Positions 1 through 15,636 of a DNA stretch of 64,000 nucleotides are shown here, in pieces; the stretch's first letter is position 1, and each line of letters opens with the position of its first letter. This DNA comes from the human T2T-CHM13v2.0 reference genome, Homo sapiens. The translations under genes were made by a program, and so were the position numbers. The notes under the pieces are model-generated. The model saw nothing but the letters and a program-made list of their open reading frames with translations, ran no database searches and was not told where the DNA came from. The stretch lies in the NCBI RefSeq assembly GCF_009914755.1, contig NC_060937.1. One strand, given 5' to 3'.

Positions 1-609
1 CATGAGCTTCCTACCAGCCATCAAGTGCTGGTCAGTATGTGCTCATATCCCTGCACATCCCTGTCCATACCCCCATCTCACTTCTTTCTGGGCTCTTTTC
101 ATGTACTAATTCTTGTTTGGTGATTGTACCAGCAATCCCAACCAGATAACAAGCACCTCGGGGGAAGGATGATGTCCTGTGTTCCCTTCCTGGCGCTATC
201 TGATGAACAGAAACATTAAGGAGACCTCTGGGGGACTTGTGGATTGACAAAGTCATTTTCAATAAGTTTTGTTAGTTAAAGTAAAGGCAAGCTAACTTTC
301 TGAAGGCTATCTAAAAATAGAATTTTAAAACCAGCATTCCCATCTGAGTAATAAATTCAATTAGATTTTTGGATTTAAAAAAAAAATGTGATATTGGTTT
401 TTCATTTCTTCTGCTAGTTGTTTCCAGGCAACCTTGAACTTGTCAAATAAAAAAGTATAAACAGAAGACTATGAGTTTTATGACCTTACTTTGAAAATCC
501 TGCCCTCGGCAGGCTAAACACACTCTCAGCATTATGACTAGACATTTCTTAAAGGCCAGCCCCTAGGTTTTTCTTGGGGGATTTTAGGATGAAAACATAG
601 GATGTGGAG

Positions 610-760
610 TTATATACTCCAAATAATTTGAATCCTGACTTTATCGTTGTGAGATTGGAATAAATCATTTAAACTTTCTGACCTTTGGTTTCTTAAATTC
701 TGAAATAGGCATCATCCCCCAACCTGCCTACCTTACAGTGAGGTGACTGAAGAACAAAGA
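610..760 (+). mobile_element. MIR SINE fragment (diverged)
   Basis: tttgaatcctgact...aaatcatttaaactttctgacctttggtttctt..ctgaaatagg resembles the MIR core. Confidence 0.55.
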
Positions 761-3194
761 TGACCTTTGTCATCGTCTTTGTCCATCATCACCATCATCC
801 ATATCATCTCTAGAATTAATATAAAAAAGGCAGAGAAGGAGAGGCAGATCCCTGGACTTCATGCCTGGCTGGGAATGTAGGAGCAAGCCCCCAGCTCCTG
901 CCAGGGTCAGCACACGAGCAGCCATGGCCAGTTCCTGAGGCACAGCCACCCCATGCAAAGGTCTGCATCCCAGAGGCACCTCTACGCAGCCAGAATCAAT
1001 TTGCCTGTACTTTCTTGCCTTCCAGCTCCTTAATCCTTGGCCCAGGATGGCTCACTTCAACCCATCACCTGCTTTGGCTCTGGGCCCCAAGCTTCCTGAA
1101 GGGCCCAGTCTTTTCCAGCTGCTGGGACCAGTTTGGGGTAACCCTTACAGCAATGGGAATGGCAGTTCCAGCTCCAGGCTGGGGTAAATCAAGGAAGCCT
1201 TTGCTGTTTGTTCTGAGCTTGGTTTTCAGCTCCCAAGAGCTGCATGTGATAGCTCCCCTCTCCCTGTTAACACAGTGGAGGAACAATTATCTTCCTGGTG
1301 AAAATTGTTGGGACTGTCTTCCCTTCTCTGTTTGCAGGCAGCACCAAGTTGGGACGAATGAAATAAGAACGTGAGGGAGAACAGCCCGGGCTGTTCGCTT
1401 TCACAAACCCCTCGGGTCTTCAGACTAATTCTGAAGATCACCAGGAGACAATTTCTAAATGAAGAAAGGGAACACTGGGCTTATTAAAAAGCCTCCTCCT
1501 TCTTGCAGAGTAGAAGGATCCTTCTATCTCACCAGAAAATATGCCATTTCATAAGAAACCTAAATTGTTTTTTCTATGGTGACAAAATGAAATGTTCCTT
1601 TGTCAAGAATGAGCAAGCCTCAGAAAAGAGAGCCCCTCCCTGCCCAGCCATGAGGAGCGATTTTGCTACAATTTCTGTCCATTTTAAGATCAATGCAAAT
1701 TACTCAAGTGATTTGAGAGCAGTCGTGGAGGGCAATTCTTTTGGGAGAGATTTTCAAATTGTGTTTTAAGTCCTCGAGGCCGGTTCCCAAGACAGAACTG
1801 GACCTTCTCAATGACCGGGACCTTGTTATTCTGGAATAACATGTTATTATGGGACATCATTATGCTTCATCCTGACCCCATGAAGTTTATGAGACAGGCC
1901 CAATTATTGAGCCATATGGCAAAGAGAAATTTGGGTAAACAAATTTGTATTTCAATAAAATTTAGAGTCCCATAAAATATAATAATTAAGATGTACATGA
2001 CAGCAGGTGCGCTTGCTTAAAGCTGCCTTCGCAGCTCACCAGATGGTGTGCCCTGGGTGATTCATGTTCCAGGAGCAGAGAATTTTCAGGCAGGTAATCT
2101 TTGCAATATTCTCTTTTGTCCATTTTTCTTTTGGGCAGTATTTCTGATTCATTGTATCACCCCTTCCAATCAGCTTTGTTTTAGAGAATTTCTTAGGGCA
2201 TGCCTCTAGTAACACAGTGTATTGAAGGGTTTTTTCCTTGATTTTGTTTTTTATTTCCTTCTTAACTCACATGAATTCTCTTCTCCAGGATTGGAAGGGA
2301 AAAAGCAAAAAGAATGCTTTCCCCACATAATGCCCCCCATCTCTGCTTTGAATGGCAAATACCAAGAGCAGCTTTGCTGTGTAAAATGTTTTCCCACCTT
2401 TGCCGGGGAGGTTAGAGTTAAATTAAAGGAACAGTAGCTATTTTTCCCACTACAAGGCAGAATGGGGGAGGGGAGCACCAATTAGCTTTTTCTTCTTTAC
2501 ATTCACCCTATCCTCAATCTGCCTTTTCTTCTTCACTTCTTGGCCTCTCCTTTCTCCCCAGGAGCAGCAGCCCAAAGCTACTGGAGGAGAGAAGAAGGGA
2601 GGAGGAAGCGTCTGGGCATGAGAGCAGCAGGAGTTGAGGTTACAGAGCTGTCGAAATCTCTCCTGCCTGGACCAAAGGTGCTTAAATACTTGGAACACTT
2701 GAAAGTAAAAGAAATCCCAACTCTAAGCCTCTTTGCATCACGTGAATGTCATTTTTTTTACTTTCCTTCAAACACACACACACGGTAGCCTGCAGCCTTG
2801 CTTTGAGCAGCCTTTTTCTTAAGGTAGCACTAACCAGCAGGGAGATGTTAGGAGATTGAGATTCCAATTAAGGCTGCCTCTGATTGCACTAGACAAGTCT
2901 CTGCTACTTAGAAAACAAGGCTGAAAAATCCCAGATTAAGGTTGTAGAGGATAGCATGGATCAGAACCAAGGAGCTCACAAAAGCCCACTTACCATGAAA
3001 ATTATATGAAATGGGAGCCATTAAAAATAAAAATATTCAACAGGAACACTGCTGGCTAAATCACAAATTAAGATGTAGCACAGGTCAAATGGTGGTTCCC
3101 AAACTTTACAGCTATGCCTGGTTAAAAAGATGTAGAACCATCACGGGCCATGAGGATGAGGGTGGGGGTTAAGGGTACGTAGAATATTCCCTTA

Positions 3195-3512
<318 letters not shown>

Positions 3513-4169
3513 CTAGTAGTGTTCAGTGGCTCTACCAGACAAAATGAAGCCAGTGTTCTTCCGTCTGAAGAGCGAGAGATGGCGTTTGCTTTTCCATTTG
3601 TGGGGACAGGCAGAGTCTGACGTCCATCTGGAATACTCTTCTTCCTTCCTCCCAGTGGCTGCTCTGCAGGCCAAACCTGGGGTTCAGGCTTTGGCCATGA
3701 AACTTAGCAACCTGAATATGCATTTAATGTCTGACATTATTCTAGTTAGTATGAGAGAGACAAGCCAGACAGATGATTAGAGAAGTAATCCAATCAATGT
3801 TGGGTGAAATTAAATGAGTACAGGAATGAATGAATACTTAAATGAATGACTGCCACTTTACCAGTGGTCTGGTTCCTGCCGAGTTGGGGCTTCACATCTA
3901 ACTGAGAAGCCAAGATAAACATGCATGACACCCAGAGCTCACCTGAGCACTGTTTCCTAACCTGAGTTCATAACGGTTGGTGTCAGCTTGTCCACTGGGT
4001 GCTCGAGAGGGTGCCGGGAAACATGGTGGCTTCCTTTCTATCAGCAGAAACCCAGTAGCTCAGAAAGATTGAATGGCTTTTCTGGGCCACTATCATCCAT
4101 AGGTAAACACTAGGTGAAGATAACTATTTAGTTACAAGGATAAATTTGTATATATTAGGATTTAACTTT

Positions 4170-4470
4170 TAATAACTTTTAATTTGGAAATATGTAATTT
4201 CAAACCTACAGAACATTGTAAGGATACGTATAGTACATCAAACCCCCACATCTCCCAGTTTCACCTATTGTTAATATTTTGCACCATTTGCTTTATTTGT
4301 GCACTCACTATGAATGATTATATTATATATCACATATGATTACACATTACATTAGAGAGAGACTATCTTTTAAGTATTTGAGAGTCAGAGCCAGTTGCAT
4401 ATATTTTGCCCCTTAAACTATAAATACTTCACTGTGTACTTCCTATGAATGTGACAAGGATTCTTTTTTT
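4170..4470 (-). mobile_element. Old L1 (L1MC/ME-like) 3' fragment
   Basis: ttcaaacctacagaa...ttcacctattgttaatattttgc...taaatacttcactgtgtacttcct is typical antisense L1M 3' end sequence. Confidence 0.6.
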
Positions 4471-4709
4471 TTGTTGGTTTTCTCAGGATTTATTTTTAAG
4501 TAGAAAAGTTGCTTCAGGTGCCCGAGTGACAATAAACACTATAGAGTATTGCCAGCTTGAGGCATGGGCCTTATTTCATTCAGTTCTGCTTAGGTTCTGG
4601 CACCTTCAAAGTGGGCAGACTGAGGGTTTTTGTTTCTCTTCAGTGAATAAAATGTTTCCAAGAACACTGCTTTGGGCACTCACCTCTGAGCTCTATGTCT
4701 CCCCAAAGA

Positions 4710-5199
4710 CACCTATGGTGGCTATCCAGAGTTGCATAACAACCCACCCCAAGCCACAGCAGCTTACTAGGAATGCTTCTGTTTGCTCGTGATTCTGTGG
4801 GCTCATGTAGTGGTGGGTCAACTGCATCATGGGCACAGCCATGTGGACAAGGCCTGCTGGGGGCTGGGCAGAGTTGGAAGGCCACAAGGGCTTCCCACAG
4901 CTCTGGCAACTCAGCGATCCTCCATGCAGCCTCTTTCTCCATGTGGCTAACTTGGGCTTCCTCATAGCATGGCAGTCTCACAGAAGTTAAACTGCTTTCA
5001 AGACTTTAAGAGGGTGCATGCCAAGTTGCAAAAGCAGAAGGTGTAAATCTCTTGAGGGCTGCCTCAGCTGTCACACAGCTTCACTGCCACTCACTCTGTT
5101 GGTCCAGACAAGTCACAAGACCCAGTCAGATTCAAGGACAGGAGAACTCCACTCTACCTCCCCAAGCAAAGAATTGTTGGCCATTGTGAATCCACCACA
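4710..5199 (-). mobile_element. MaLR LTR (older MLT1 subfamily)
   Basis: ttgcataacaacccaccccaag ... cacaagacccagtcagattcaagg ... ttggccattgtgaatccaccaca resembles antisense MLT1. Confidence 0.75.
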
Positions 5200-5372
5200 A
5201 CACTCACCATTTTCAATCTGGTGGTGCAGGTATGTATGTACAATTCTCATGTCCCCCACTAAATTCTAAACAGCAAGCTCTTTGGAGGCAAGGTCACAGT
5301 CTGACTCATCTTAGAAACCCCACTCATAGTACTTAGCTCAGTGCATGATATATAGTAGGTGTTTAACTTCTA

Positions 5373-5729
<357 letters not shown>

Positions 5730-5883
5730 TTAGAGATTGTCTTAAGATGGCCAAGTCTCCTGCCATTAATCCCAGTGATAGTCCTATGGGTCAGTGTTTC
5801 ATCAGGGGAGGGGAGGCTGGTGTCTCAGTAGAGCTGCCAGGGTCTGTGACAAAGAGGGATGAGAGGGGTTATTGACCTTCTCT

Positions 5884-6363
5884 TGTGAACACTGGAAGCC
5901 AATCCTTCAGGTGGATCCTGAGTGAGTAACTGGGCCTGTATTCAAAATGGACCCAAGAGCCCATTTGCTGACTAGAGGTTACACAGGTTCCTGGAAACTG
6001 CATTCCTGGAAAAAAACACACCATCAAGTAACTTTAGGAGTTTCATAGTTGTTTGTTCCTGTTTATGCCACCTGAATCGATGGTTGCTGGAAGGCCCCAT
6101 TTTGTCACATGGAGCTAACCAATAGACCGTGACCAGCATGACCAATCAGAACTAAACAAGCTTGCATCCCTCATTTGTGGAGTGGGCCTGAGAGAGAACA
6201 TGGGTGGGAGGTTTCTCTATAAAGGCTAATCCTTCTCTTTGTTCTCATGGATAGCACCTTTGTTCTGTACTGAAGGCTCCCTACCCCTGGTTTGCAAACT
6301 GCTCACTGGAATCGTCTCGTTCTTTCTTTTTTAAAAAATTCCTTTTCGGTGGATTTGTTAACA
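5884..6363 (+). mobile_element. Probable ERV solo LTR, family uncertain
   Basis: TG...CA ends, two CCAAT motifs (~6,119 and ~6,143), TATA-like tataaa at ~6,218, LTR-like end ggatttgttaaca; no TSD seen. Confidence 0.5.
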
Positions 6364-7414
6364 TTTTGTTGTTGGTTTCTGGGTCTTTGAGTAAAAAAAC
6401 TCCCTCAAATGGTTAATTGGCTTATCTAGGCCATAATGTGTCCATAAAATATCTTTTCTCTAAACGTATCTTTTCTTCGTGTCTGCTGACAGAGTAAGGT
6501 ACATGTCAGAATCAAAGTACCACAAGAAAGCCATGGAGGATAGAAGGGTTTGTGGTTCTGGAAGTAGCAGTGGGGACTGCTGAAAGTGTGGCCTGTCTAC
6601 TTTATCCTTCCTTGGTCCACAGAGACTGCTGCTTAGGAGTCCATAAAACGAGCTTGATCAGTGCGCAGGCCTGAGGTAACGAGTACACAGGGCCTGAATG
6701 CAGCTCTGCTCAGGGTTGAGCAGGAGGTTAATCACTTGATTTAAATTAAAGCATGGGGGATTAAGCATCTTCCCCTTAGGTGCCGGCATGCCCCCCACCC
6801 CTGGCAGCCAGAGCCCAATCAGAACCAGTGCCAGAGGCGACTGTCTCCTGGACCAATTTGCTCAACTTCAATTTTGGTCCTTGAGATTTCGTTTTGACAT
6901 TGAAAAAATTGCCTCACCATTCTATGGGTTCTGATTTGTGTGATGGTTCTGAATGAATTCTAACAAATTAGCATATCTTTCTGGATCTTTATAGAGATGT
7001 AGGAAGATGAATTGCATCTGTCTTCCAAGAGAGTTACAAATGCAGCAGAATATCAGGCTGGGAGGCAGAAAGCGAGCGTTCCTGACAGTGGCTCCACGGA
7101 ATAGCCGGCACATGCTGAACCACAGCCTCTCTGCGGAGGCAGATGGAGCACAGGTGAGAAATATAAATGAATCCACAATCTGGACTCCTGGGAAACTGTT
7201 TCACACCTATGGAGGACTCCATCATTTGGGCCAAAAAAAAATCTCGCTTATCTGAAAATCATTTAGATGGCAATCTCAAAATCTAGAAAGGCAGTTAAAA
7301 TGTTCTCTGAGGAGTTAAAAAAATGTCACCAAATCTGTGCACAGAAATCCATGTACATTGCTCTTCAGGGCCTATTTACTCTACCTTTACACAGAATTCC
7401 ATTAAATTTGGTTA

Positions 7415-7723
7415 CCCAGGCTGTGAGTGGTGGCTCCCGCCTGCAATCCCAGCACTTTGGGAGGCCGAGGCAGGAGGATCACATGAGATCAGGGGTTTGA
7501 GACAAGCCTAGTGAACGTGGCGAAACCCCATCTCTACTAAAAACACAAAAATTAGCCAGGTGTGGTGGCAGGCACCTGTAATCCCAGCTACTCAGGAGTC
7601 TGAGGAAGTAGAAAAAATTGAACTTGAACTCGGGAGGCAGAGGTTGTAGTGAGTGGAGATTGCACCACTGCACTCCAGCCTGGGCGACAGAGCAAGACTC
7701 CATCTCAAAAAAAAAAAAAAAAA
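7415..7723 (+). mobile_element. Alu (AluS-type) with altered segment at ~7,606-7,622
   Basis: Dimeric Alu, A tail, TSD aaatt(t)ggtta. Confidence 0.95.
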
Positions 7724-7988
7724 TTGGTTATCTGGTATCCAACTCACAGGGAGTTAAAAGCCACATTAGGAAGAAGGCAGGAGGCTTCTAGAGGCAGGCA
7801 CATAAAAAGCAGAAGGAAATGGCAGCCTGACAGAGTGGGAAGAGCCCAAGACAAAACCAAAATAAACCCTGAAGACCAACAAAAGTCCTCAACAAGCACA
7901 GCATCCAGGGACTGCTCAGGGAGAGGCAGGAAAATGTTCTGAGTCCACTGACGGCATGGCAGGCAGCCTGATATAAAATACCCAAGTG

Positions 7989-8592
<604 letters not shown>

Positions 8593-8652
8593 CACATACA
8601 GGCCAAGACAGAGCTGACACTATCAACAAGGAGTTCAAGCATGCTCATTAAA

Positions 8653-9289
<637 letters not shown>

Positions 9290-9405
9290 TGTTGCCATTC
9301 ATAGATACAGCTTAGAAATGCGCCTTTACAAAATAAGTAAACATTTTCAAAGTTGTTACACTCAAATGAATAGATTTCAGTTATCTGGAAAATCTGTTTA
9401 TTGAT

Positions 9406-9801
9406 TGTATTAGTCTGTTTGGACTGCCATGACAAAGTACTACAGCCTGGGTGGCTCAAATGACAGACACTGATTTTTTCTGGTTTTGGAGGCTGAAAGT
9501 CTAAGATGGTGTCTGCAGGGTTGGTTTCTCCTGAGGCCTCTGTCTTTGGCTTGTAGATGGCTGCATTCTCTCCATGTCCTCATATGGCCTCTCCTCTGTA
9601 AGCCACATCCCTGGTGTCTCTTTATGTGTCCAAATTTCCTTTTCTGATAGGGACACCTGTCATATTGGAGTAGGGCCCACCCTGACAAACTCACTTTAAT
9701 CACCTCTTTAAAGGCCCTATCTCCAAAGACAGTCATATTTTAAGGTAGGGGTTTAGGACTTCAGCAGATACATTTTGGGGAAACAAAATTCAGCCCATTA
9801 C
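9406..9801 (-). mobile_element. MaLR solo LTR (MLT1A/B-like)
   Basis: tgtattagtctgtttggactgccatgacaaag ... aaattcagcccattaca. Confidence 0.88.
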
Positions 9802-9978
9802 ACTAACAGTGCTTACTCTTTTGATTGTGCTATGTTTTGCATCAATGCAGCTAATTCTGACTCAGACAATTAGCAGAGCTATCAGGGCATCTTCTTGTTC
9901 TAGTTATTCAGAACCTACTGACAAGAAGGTTGAGAAAAGCATTATTTTGTCTTACTCCTCCCCTTTCTCACCCCCTCT

Positions 9979-10018
9979 TACACACACACACACACACACC
10001 ACACACACACACACACAC
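9979..10018. repeat. (CA)n microsatellite, interrupted
   Basis: Read directly. Confidence 0.95.
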
Positions 10019-10303
10019 CCCCTAGGAGATAGAGTCTGGCCTATTCTCTTCCTAAACATCTTTGAAAGCTTTCCTGTCACTGTCTTAATTCAGACCCCCA
10101 TCCTTTCTTTTCTGCACAGTAGTAGCTTCCCCACTGCTGTCCCTGTGAGGAGGGGATTTCCCTGAAACACAGATCCCATCACGTTTCTCACTAACAAAAA
10201 GCCCTTCAGCGGTTTCCCCCACTTGCTTCCAGGAGCAAGTTCAAACGTCTCTCATTGGAGGTCTTTCCTGACCCCACTCAGCCCCAAGTTGTTAAATACC
10301 CCT

Positions 10304-10702
10304 TGTGGGGGTTGCTGAATTATGTTCCCTCCAACACTCATATGCTGAAGCCCCAAACCCCAGTACCTCAGAATGTGACTGTATTTGGAGATAGAGATTT
10401 TGAAGAGATGACTACATTAAAATGAGGCTGTTAGGGTGGGCCCTAATCCAGATTGAATGGTGTCCTCATAAGAAGAAATTTGGTCACACAAAGGGACACC
10501 TGTCCCACAAAGGGACACTCACAGAGGGGTGTGCGCTCACCGAGGAAAGGCCATCTACAAGCCGAGGAGAGGCCTCAGGAGAAACCAACCCTGCAGACAC
10601 CTTCATCTTAGCCTCCAGAACTGTGTAAAAAAAAAATCAATGTTTGTCATTTAAGCCACCCAGGCTGTGGGACTTTGTTATGGCAGCCTGAACCAATTAA
10701 CA
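10304..10702 (+). mobile_element. MaLR solo LTR (MLT1A/B-like)
   Basis: cccagtacctcagaatgtgactgtatttggagatag ... tttgttatggcagcctgaaccaattaaca. Confidence 0.88.
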
Positions 10703-11179
10703 CACTTCTCTTCTGCGCTCTGGTAGCACCTTGAGCATATGTCTAGCAGTGTGTAGCCCAGAGTTTGAGAATCACTGGTGTTCATATTTCTCCTCCCACT
10801 GGATCACTGGGTAGTGTGATTTCATCAGCTTTAACTTCCTATCACCCAGTGCAGTGCTTGACATCAATATTCATAGAATGAGTGAATAGGCAGAAAAATC
10901 CTTATCTCATTTAGAATCCAGAAAAACTGTAGCTGCTGGTGCCATTACAGGCTCAGATGAGAGAAATAAATTTTATGAAAAATATATTTAGGAATGCAGT
11001 TTTGTTCCATAAAATGCGTACAATATAGATAATACAGTGCCCCTGGGGGGAAATTATGGCTTCCCCTTTGCTATGGGGTTGGCTTCTATCCATGCTCTAA
11101 ATTTAACTGCTATCACTCTTCACCTTTATCTTTATGCTGTAACAAAGATCAACAATTTGCTGCTTCCTCAACCTGCCTC

Positions 11180-11570
11180 TATCCCCAGCCATCCCCGACC
11201 CCCTGCACACCATGCTGGTCCAGACCTCCTTGCTGGTGCCCACGCTGTCTCTTGGCCTGGAATCCCTCTCCCCACTTCATCCGGGCAAGCCCATTCATCT
11301 CATAAGACTGCCCGGATGTCATCTCCTCTAGGAACTCTTCTATGTCTGATTTAGATGAGGTCAAATGCTTTTTCACTGTGCTGACTTTACACGCTGTGAG
11401 TACAACCATCATATTTGCCACATTACATCAAAATTACCTGTTTCCAAGGTTGCATTCCCAATATACCATAAATTCCTTGAAGGCAAAGACCTTGTCTCTT
11501 CCATTAAAAAATCTTCATTCCTGGTATATGGCAAAATGCCTAGTAATAAGACACTGAGCATATGGTAGCT
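11180..11570 (+). mobile_element. L2 3' fragment
   Basis: gctgtctcttggcctggaat ... taaattccttgaaggcaaagaccttgtct is typical L2 3' end sequence. Confidence 0.6.
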
Positions 11571-13164
11571 ATTATTAATCACTTTAGTAAAATAGTAATA
11601 AATCATGGGGAGAAAAAGTAGGTGTCTTATAAGTTACTGTGAATTATTTACAAAAAAAATATTTTTTCGTTTCAGTTTTACTTCTTTCTCTTCTGTTAAT
11701 TTCTTAACATACTTTGTTTTCAAACTGCTGATCTCTAAGACTGGTGAGAAAAAGTAGGAGAAAGTGAAGAGGGTGAAAGTTGAAGAGAATGGAGGAGGAC
11801 ATACTTAAAGGCTCTTACAAAAATTGAAGATAATAATTTTACACATTTAATACCCGAGTTTCATCACTGCTTCACTTAGCACCCTGAGGTGAAGTGCACA
11901 TAATCCTGAGTCTCCGAAAATAGGGAGACAGAACTCACCTCTTTCAACAGGGGGCTGAATGTATTAATTAATGCTCTTAAAGTTCGAGGACGAAGATTTG
12001 CACACAAATCCTTATTAGTGCTGGATGTGCTGTGCATAATAAGCCTTAGATGCAGCATTTATGCAATAAATTGAGTAGCATAGCTCCAAAGCAGAACAGC
12101 ACATATAATGTACATGTTCAGCATCTGCATTAATCATATTATCAAGACTCCCAAACACTCATTCCAGATTGAACTATCAACCTAAATTTTAAAACTCCTT
12201 TGTGTGCATTGTAATGTGATTACTGGCATGGTGTAGAGCTTTGTAACATATATTTTAATGCACCTCTAGAAGATTTTTCTTTTTTGTGTTAGATATGTTT
12301 TAAAAAGACCCCATTCTGATGGTTTTTTTTCCCCAGTGAAGGAAAAAGTAGACAGCCTTAAGAAAATTCCTATATTGCATTTTATGAGGTTTGAAATGCT
12401 GGGTTTTGCCATTATGCATCCATTGTAGAGGTAACAACCAGGCTATTATCATGATAATGATTTCCTATGTCACTTTTCTTCAATTTGGATAAGAGCCCTT
12501 AAGCTCTTTATAAGAAAGTGGTACTTTTCACTTCTGTGAAGCAGGAACGTCTTTATAGGTGATACACCCCTACTTTATGGTAATTGCTTATTTAATGCCT
12601 GCCTTATTTTTCAGATGAAAGCTTCAAGAAGCCAGAAATGATGTTTGCCTTCTCACATGGTATTTGGCACACAGCAGGTGCTCAGTAAACATCCCACACA
12701 AAGAGGAAGGGATAGGTGGGAAAAAGGGGAAAATGGATATTAATGATACTAATACTATCTGTGAGAGAGAGAGAGAGAAATATAGAGGACAGACTGAGAG
12801 CTCATAGTCTAGAAGGCAATAGAGCAAGGTTCTGAGATTCTGCAGAAGGGTCAAGTTTGCCAGGGTTGCTAAATCCTAGTTCAAAAAACCCAATTATGTA
12901 AATATGGTTTTCCAATACTTAAACCATATGATCTGAGAATAAAAGAGGATAGCATGGTTAGCTTTGAAACTCCTTGCCCTAAACGGAAGTATATGGCTTG
13001 TAATCAGTCAGGTAGCACTCTGAGCATGCTGGAATTCACAATCTCATTAATTTGGGGGTGCCAAGAGCACATTGGATAACATTTCCACTTAGTTATTTCT
13101 CAGTATACTTGCGTGGGTTGAGAGTTGATCTCATTGGCTGTCATTTCTAGAGCCCTTACCCTTT

Positions 13165-13480
13165 GTCAAGTTGTGCTAGGCATTTTACCTGCTTTATCTC
13201 TGATCCTCACAACTATGTATAGAAGACATCCTTACACCATTTTACAGAATGAGGAAAACTAAAACTCAAGTTTCACGCAGCTGTTAAGCAGTAGAATGAA
13301 TTTAAACCCACTTGCTGTAAGTGATCATTTCCGTACATTGTGCTATGTCACAGGAGAGACTATTTTTAGGATTTAAGCGTGTGACTTTTGTATGTATATA
13401 ACTTTTATGGGCATCAGTTTTCTCATCTGTAAAGTGGAGGCATGAAATAGTTAATACTTCAGGTCTATTTTTTTCTACAA
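13165..13480. mobile_element. Two MIR fragments (minus then plus)
   Basis: ccattttacagaatgaggaaaact and catcagttttctcatctgtaaagtgg core motifs. Confidence 0.6.
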
Positions 13481-14523
13481 TTCTACAAGTGGAAGAACAG
13501 GCAGGAGATGCTCCCTGCTGTGGTAGAGCTGTCCACGGTCCTGAAAAGCCTGGCCCCAATAAAGCAATAATCAGCTTATCAAAGGAAGAAGCACAAGAGG
13601 CCAGAAACGCCTCCATTAATAGAGATCTAGCTGCTATTCTCTGCTCTCTTAAGTAATTAAGCACGCTATCTCTTACTGCCGAGTATATGCGTTATGCCAT
13701 GAACCAAGCCACTGCAAATTAAAGATGTAGGTAGACTTGCATAACCCTCTCCTTTCCCCCTCACACCTGAAAGAGCCCACGTGTTCCAGCTAAATGAACT
13801 GTAGTAATATTTAGTCTCCATTTTTTATTCTTTTGCCTTGAATTACAGATTCTTCCATGCAACACATGTTCTGAGCCTGATTTTCTAAGCTTAGCCACTC
13901 CAATAACCAAGTAAGATTAATTTAATGAGTTCTCTTAAAAAATGTTTCTTTGTTTTAGCATATTTCCATTGCCTCTTCCATTTATTCATAGGGATCTGTT
14001 ATCTCACATATGCTTGTGTCAAAGGACAAAAAATTACTGTATAAGTAGCCATATAAGGAGAAGTTTCCTTTCCAGAAAACATGTGGTGGACACAGGGCAT
14101 GTGAAAACATACAAGATAAGCATTCTTTCATACTTTTTTCTGTCAGTCATGGCTACTTATTGAAACTTGTACATCCTTTTTTATTTCCAACTCCTAATGT
14201 ATAATTTAGCTTGTAAAATAACTTTAATAATAAATCTGTGGTATTTTGAAATCTTTGTTACTCTGTGATGACCTTGGCAAGTTTTTAAAATAGCAATGTT
14301 TAAAGGTATAAGGAGATTTTTAAAAACAGTGAAATAGTGTGCCCACTGAGAATTAATTATAAGCTAGAACTTATGTTAGTAAGGATGTATTGGACCACAG
14401 TAAAATAAAAATGATAAAAGTAGCAAGTGGTAGATTTATGAACTTGGCACTGCTCTTAGTGATTGTTTGAGTCCCTCTTTAAGTGTGCTCATTTGACAGG
14501 TACATATGCATATGCCCACATAT

Positions 14524-15128
14524 TGTAGGGGCTAAGGGAAAACTTCCCCTTTGCCCTCTGAAGATTGACTGAAAAAATCAACTCACAAAAGGCAGAATAA
14601 TAGGTGAAATGGCATACACATTTCTTAGTGTGCATGGAGGAGAATCACAGAATAATTGCCTAATATCCCAATGGGGTACAGATGCTTACATATCCTACTT
14701 CTTAGGGAAAGGGAGATAGGAAAGTGTGGATGCCTTTAGGAAGACATTAGATGATTTTTAGGAGAATTCAACGCATTTGAAGAATATACAATGGCCTGAA
14801 ACAAAGTCTTTTGGAACCACAGAGCAGACAATGGTTTGTGACAAAAGTCCACCTGGGTATGTTGACAGACTCCATTCTTTATTACTGCAATATGAATTCA
14901 GCTCACGAAAACTGAAGAAAGAGACCAGAGGTCGTTGTTTTCTTCTTTGGTAGGTACAGACCTTAGGCAGATACAGGAACTTCAGAGAATAACTTCATCC
15001 TGCTGTGCTTTGGGAGACACAGAGGATCAAGATATGGGGTGTGAGGGTAAGAAGGTCAGAGAGACCTTGAGGCTTTTTCTTCATGTCAAAGCACCATATT
15101 TTAGGGTATCAATTTCTGAGCCCCAGTG
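14524..15128 (-). mobile_element. ERV1 solo LTR (MER39/MER34 group)
   Basis: tgtaggggctaagggaaaacttcccctttgccctctgaag ... gtcaaagcaccatattttagggtatcaatttctgagcccca; 4-bp TSD atat at 14,520-14,523 and 15,129-15,132. Confidence 0.85.
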
Positions 15129-15152
15129 ATATAAATATGATTTTACACTTTC

Positions 15153-15448
<296 letters not shown>

Positions 15449-15636
15449 GATTTTACAGTTTCAAATACACACGTATGTGACTCTGTATATGCATGTATAA
15501 GTAAATATGTAAATGGCTGAATCTAAACTATTTGCATATGAGAACAGAGATGATACTGTTTTCCTCCCTTCAAATTATATGCCTGAGTGATTTGCAAGGG
15601 GAAGGGAGTCTTGAAGGAGGATATTTTGAAGGGTCT

